Shown: one piece after another, positions 31,101 to 37,100 of the stretch | How the letters are laid out: every line of letters starts with the position of its first letter | How positions within the stretch are numbered: position 1 is the first letter of the stretch | Notes under the pieces: generated by a model | Database searches by the model: none | The model's input: only the letters and a program-made list of their open reading frames with translations | Told to the model about the DNA's origin: nothing | Made by a program: the position numbers and the translations under genes | Source: Flavobacteriales bacterium | GTDB lineage: Bacteria > Bacteroidota > Bacteroidia > Flavobacteriales_G > Salibacteraceae | Assembly: GCA_003499525.1 (NCBI GenBank) | Contig: DNTB01000096.1 | Location: 34,695-98,694, forward strand | DNA: 64,000 bases | Direction: 5' to 3'

Positions 31101-34100
31101 CGGAGGAATATGGTACGGAGGAGCCGGCACTTACACCCCTTCTGATACAAATCTGTCGATACAATACAGCCCAACACCAATTGAAATCGCAACGGGTAGT
31201 GTAACTCTTACTCTTACTACTCGAGGTAACGGTCTGTGCCTGGCAGAAGATGACGAAATGACCATTTTCTTCACCCCTGCTCCTACGGCAGATGCAGGAC
31301 CTGATCAAATTGCCTGTGCAAACAATGCTGATGTCAACCTTACTGGGGCAGTGACGGTTGCTACAGGAGGAATATGGTCAGGAGGTGCTGGGACATTTAC
31401 TCCTAATAATCAGAGTTTAACTGTTACTTATACTCCAACTTCTGGAGATATAGCAAACGATTCTATTAATCTGATATTGAGTACAAGTGGAAACGGTAAC
31501 TGTAATACAGTAAGAGATACAATGACCGTTCGTTTTACACCAGCGCCTACAGTAGATGCCGGTCCAGATCAATCAATATGTGCAAATAACGCCGAAGCTC
31601 AGCTTGCAGGAATAGTCACAGTTTCACCCAATGCACGTTGGTCAGGAGGGGCAGGACTATTCATTCCAAACGTCTTTGATCTCAATGCTAGCTATTTCCC
31701 GAGCCCAGCAGAAATTACAGCAGGGCAAGTCACTATCTATTTAACCTCAATTAACAATGGACTTTGTTCGCAAGTTGTGGACAGTATGGTAATTACCATT
31801 AATCCTGCTCCCACAGTAGATGCAGGATTGGATATTACAGCTTGTTCCAATAACCCGGCAGTTAACCTTTCAGGTGCCATTACAGTGGCTACCGGGGCTG
31901 TTTGGCAGAATGGCACCGGTGTATTTAATCCAGGAAATACATTCCTGAATACCCAATATATACCGTCAGCCGCTGAAGTGTCAGCAGGAACTGTAACTCT
32001 TACTTTAGAATCCACAGGAAACGGTAATTGTATTCCTGAAACAGATCAGGTGGTCATTAATTTTACTCCTGCACCTACGGCGAATGCCGGGCCAGATCAA
32101 ACACTTTGCTCAAATAATGCAGATGTTACTTTAAACGGCAGTATTACAGTTGCTGCCAATGGCCGTTGGTCAGGAGGGGCCGGTATTTACAATCCAGGAC
32201 CCAATAACCTGTCTATTGTTTATTCACCTACCGCAAGTGAAATTGCCAATGATTCGGTCAATTTGATTCTGGAAACTACAGGTAACGGTAACTGCATAAC
32301 AGAGCGCGATACCATGACCGTGTTCTTTGACCCTTCACCAGTAGTCAATGCAGGAGCACCTCAAACAGTATGTGCCAATAATCCGGATATCAATCTCAAT
32401 GGGTCTGTTACAGTGGCCGGTGGGGCACAATGGTCCGGTGGAACAGGTATCTTTTTCCCATCTAATACTTCTCTTAACGCAGTATATACTCCTTCAGGAG
32501 CGGAAATCTCGGCAGGTTTTGTAAAACTATATCTCAGGTCTATTGCAAATGGACTTTGTAAACCAGTTGTAGATAGTGTAGTATTTACGATTACTCCAGC
32601 GCCCGATGTAAATGCAGGCAATGACAAATTCGTTTGCTCAAACAATCCTGTAGTAACAATCAATAGCTTCGTAAGTGGGGCATCAGGCGGAAGATGGCTT
32701 GGTGGAGCAGGTACATATTTCCCCTCAGATACCGTCCTCGGAATTCAGTACAACCCAACTCAGGCAGAGGTAGCAGCTGGCTCGCTTACTCTTACCCTTG
32801 AATCTACCGGCAATGGGTTGTGCAATGCCGAAATCGATCAGGTAACTATCAATTTTACACCTTCACCGACAGCAGATGCAGGACCTGATCAGATAGTATG
32901 CGCCAACAATGCCAGTGTTAACCTCAATGGAAGTGTGACAGTTGCAACTGGTGGGAATTGGATCGGTGGTCTTGGTAACTTTACCCCGAGCTCATCTACA
33001 CTGAATGCGGTGTATAGTCCAACACCAGGGGAAATAGCAAATGGTTTTGCAGAATTGGTACTTAGTACTACCGGTAATGGCACCTGTCTGTCCGTTCAAG
33101 ACACCATGATGATATCCTTCTTGCCCGCACCTATCGTCGAAGCAGGATTGGATCAGAGTATCTGCAGCAATAACCCAACATTCAGTTTAAACGGCAGCAT
33201 TTCAAATGCTGGTGGAGGTATTTGGACAGGAGGAACAGGTGTTTTCGCTCCAGGAAATATGAGCCTAAATGCATCCTACACTCCAAATGCGGCTGAAATA
33301 GCTGCTGATACGCTTGTCTTATATCTCACTTCAACTGGTAACGGTCTGTGTCTTGCAGAAGAAGATAGCGTTACTATCATATTCACCCCTTCACCAATCG
33401 TAAACGCTGGTCCTGACATTACGCTTTGCGCGAATAATTCATTGACCAGTCTGAACGGCTCAATACAATTTGCTGGTGGAGGAACATGGTCTGGTGGAAC
33501 AGGACTCTTTGTTCCTGGGGTAAATGTTCTAAACCCAACCTATACCCCAACAGCAGCGGAAATTGCATCGGGCGTTGTTACATTGACGCTCAGTTCAACA
33601 GGTAATGGAAAATGTCTAGCAGAATCTGATGATATCCAAATTACATACTCTCCTGCTCCAACTGCAAATGCAGGTGCGGATCAAATTCTATGTGGTAATA
33701 ATGCTGACGCAACTCTGGCAGGTTCTGTTACGGTTGCAACAGGTGGAACGTGGTCCGGTGGGACAGGCTCTTTTAATCCGGGGCCGGGAAGCTTAAATAC
33801 CATTTATACTCCAACGCTTCTTGAAATAGCAAATGGCTCATTAGACCTCATTCTAACTACTACTGGAAATGGAAGCTGTATTGCAACCACGGACACCATT
33901 AACCTTTCTTTCAGTGCGGCGACAACGGTCGATGCCGGACCTGATACTTCGGTTTGTGCCAACAACCCCGGCATTCAACTATCCGGTAATGTTACTGTTG
34001 CCACTGGTGGAATTTGGACCGGAGGAACAGGAACATTTTTACCAAACAATACTGACCTCAACGCCCTCTACACGCCAAGTCCAGCTGAAATTGCAGCAGG

Positions 34101-37100
34101 TAGTGCGAGGCTATATTTGACTTCCACTGGAAATGGAACATGTCTGCCTGTAGTAGACAGTGTTATTGTTACTATTACACCATCTCCAACCGTTTCAGCA
34201 GGTGTGGATCAGACCATATGTGCAAACTTTGCACAAGTCAATCTAAACGGTATCGTTACAGTTGCAAGTGGTGGAACATGGACTGGAGGACTTGGAATAT
34301 TTACTCCTTCCAATAATCATCTGAATGCTCAGTATTTCCCGACCCCAGCAGAAATTGCAAGTGGTTCTGTATCTCTGACACTAACCTCCTCGGGAAATGG
34401 CCAGTGTATTCAGGTTTCGGACCAGATGAACATCACCTTCACTCTTGCACCAACAGCAGATGCCGGACCTGATCAAACTCTTTGTTCTAATAATCCAGAT
34501 GTCACATTGAATGGAAGTGTAACCATTGCCACTGGAGGAAGGTGGATTGGTGGATTAGGATCATTTAACCCAAATGCCAATGTACTGAATCCAGTCTATT
34601 CGCCAACCGTCGGGGAGATAACTAATGATACATTAGAGCTTATTCTCCTTACAACTGGAAACGGCAACTGTGCTACAGTACGGGATACTATGTACGTCTA
34701 TTTTACTCCATCGCCAACCATTAGCGCCGGTCCAGATGAACTAGTTTGCGCCAATAATGCAGATGTGCAGTTGGGAGCTTCCTTCACTCAATCGGGTGGA
34801 ATGCTTTGGACTGGAGGAACCGGTGTTTTCACGCCTAACCCAACTGATTCAATTGCTATTTACACACCAAGCGCGTTTGACAAAAGTCAGGGTAGTGTTA
34901 CGCTATACGCCACAACCACAAATAACGGTAACTGCTTAGCAGTCGAGGATAGTGTAAAAATATCTATCAACCCAGCACCTGTAGTAAATGCAGGTCCGGA
35001 TTTGACAGTCTGCGCCAACAATCCTTCGGTCAACCTATCAGGGTCAGTAAGTAATGCTGGCGGAGGCAAATGGATCGGTGGAACAGGTGTTTTCTTCCCA
35101 AATGATAGTTCATTGAGCGCACAGTATACACCTTCTGCTGCCGATATTTCCTCTGGATCAATGACGCTTAAACTGCGCACTACTGGTAATGGACTCTGTC
35201 TTGCAGAGGAAGATTCTATGCAAATAGTGTTCACTCCTGCACCGGATGTGAATGCAGGTCCGGATCAGATCGCATGCGCTAATAATAGTACCATTACTCT
35301 AGCCGGTACTGTGAATAATGCAGGTGGTGGACAATGGTCCGGTGGAATTGGAATCTTTAATCCATCATCGACTGACCTCAGCGCAACGTATTCTCCAACA
35401 GCAGGTGAGATCCTGAATGGATTTGTGAATTTAATTCTTACCTCGACAGGCAACGGAAACTGCTTCCCCGAATCTGATACTTTGACCATCCAATACACCC
35501 CTGCTCCAACCATTGACGCAGGGCCAGATGTAACGGTATGTGAAACCAATCCAAATTCATTCATGCTGGCTACAGTCAATGGTGCAACAGGAGTTCAGTG
35601 GTCAGGAGGTACCGGATCATTCATCCCATCACCAAATGTCCTCAACCCGACCTACGTTGCTTCGGCATCGGAGATTGCAAATGGATCGGTTACTTTAACA
35701 GTTAGTTCGACTGGAAATGGAACGTGCAACTCGGTAAGTGATCAAATTACCATTAACTTCCAATCCAGTCCTATAGCAAATGCCGGGCCTGATCAATCAA
35801 TTTGTGCAAACAATGCAGTTGCCAACCTTGGAGGACAGTTCATCAATGCGACCGGAGGTCAGTGGAGCGGTGGAGCTGGATTGTATATACCATCAAACCT
35901 GGTTATGAATCCAACTTATCAACCAAGCCCTGCTGAAATTGCACTTGGTGGTGTTAGCCTCATATTAAACACAACTGGAAATGGGGTGTGTAACTCAGCT
36001 GCTGACACCATGTTTATTAGCATTACTCCTGCTCCAACAGTTAATGCAGGTCCCGATCAACAGGTATGTGAAAACAATGCCATTACAACCCTAATAGGAC
36101 AAGTAAACGGATCAGCAGGTGGTCAATGGAACAATGTGGCAGGTAGTTTTAATCCATCCAGCAATGCTTTAAATACAAATTACACACCTACTGCTGGGGA
36201 AATTGCAAGCGGTTCAATAGATGTTGTGCTTACCTCAACCGGAAACGGAAATTGCCTTGCCGTAAGTGATACGATGAATATTTCATTCGCTCCTGCTCCG
36301 CAAGCTGATGCCGGTGCGGATATAGACGTATGTGAAAACAATCCTATAGCTCAATTGAACGGTAATATTCTAAATTCATCAACAGCTGGAGGAGTTTGGA
36401 CGGGAGGTTCTGGCTTTTTCAACCCAAATCCTCAAACACTTAATGCTGTTTATACTCCGTCTTCATCTGAAATTGCATTTGGTCAGGCAGTACTAATATT
36501 AGTTACCACAAATGTTGCTAGTTGCACGCCGGACAGTGACGAAGTGGTAATTAATATACCTCCTGCACCAACGGTTAATGCAGGATTAGATCAAACTCTA
36601 TGTGTAACCAATTTAAATGCACAGCTGAACGGATCAGTCTCAGGATCGACCAACACGGGACAATGGAGCACAAACGGCACCGGTTTCTTTCTGCCGAATA
36701 ATTCCGCTTTAAACGCTACGTATGTGGCAAGCTCACAAGATTCTATCAACGGTCAGGTAAGGTTGATACTTAGCTCAACCAATAATGGCATATGCAATCC
36801 ATCTTCGGATACGATGTTCATTTATATACTGCCTGCGGGATTATCCAATGCAGGTCCGGATCAGACCGTTTGTGCGAACAATTCTATTATTTCATTGTCA
36901 GGAAGTGTTTCGGGGGGTGCATTGTCTGGTTTCTGGACAACCAGTGGTACAGGAACATTTGATCCAAGTGATTCCATCAGTAACCCTCTGTACATTCCGA
37001 GCATGCAAGATAGAATCATGGGTAATTTAGTCTTGACCTACACCGCAATAAGCTGTAATGCTGGAAGCGACGATATGACCTTAACGATTACTTCAGCCCC

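Noticed and set aside
19667-35579. Dozens of 60-181 aa minus-strand ORFs inside the giant gene (e.g. 24336-24881, 27531-27938), recurring with the same 790-840 bp period
   Set aside because: They are antisense shadows of the sense repeats. The Thr/Gly/Ala/Asn-rich codon usage leaves the opposite strand poor in stop codons, and their periodicity simply mirrors the sense modules. The sense frame is a single 6586-aa ORF with a signal peptide, recognisable domains and a CTD.
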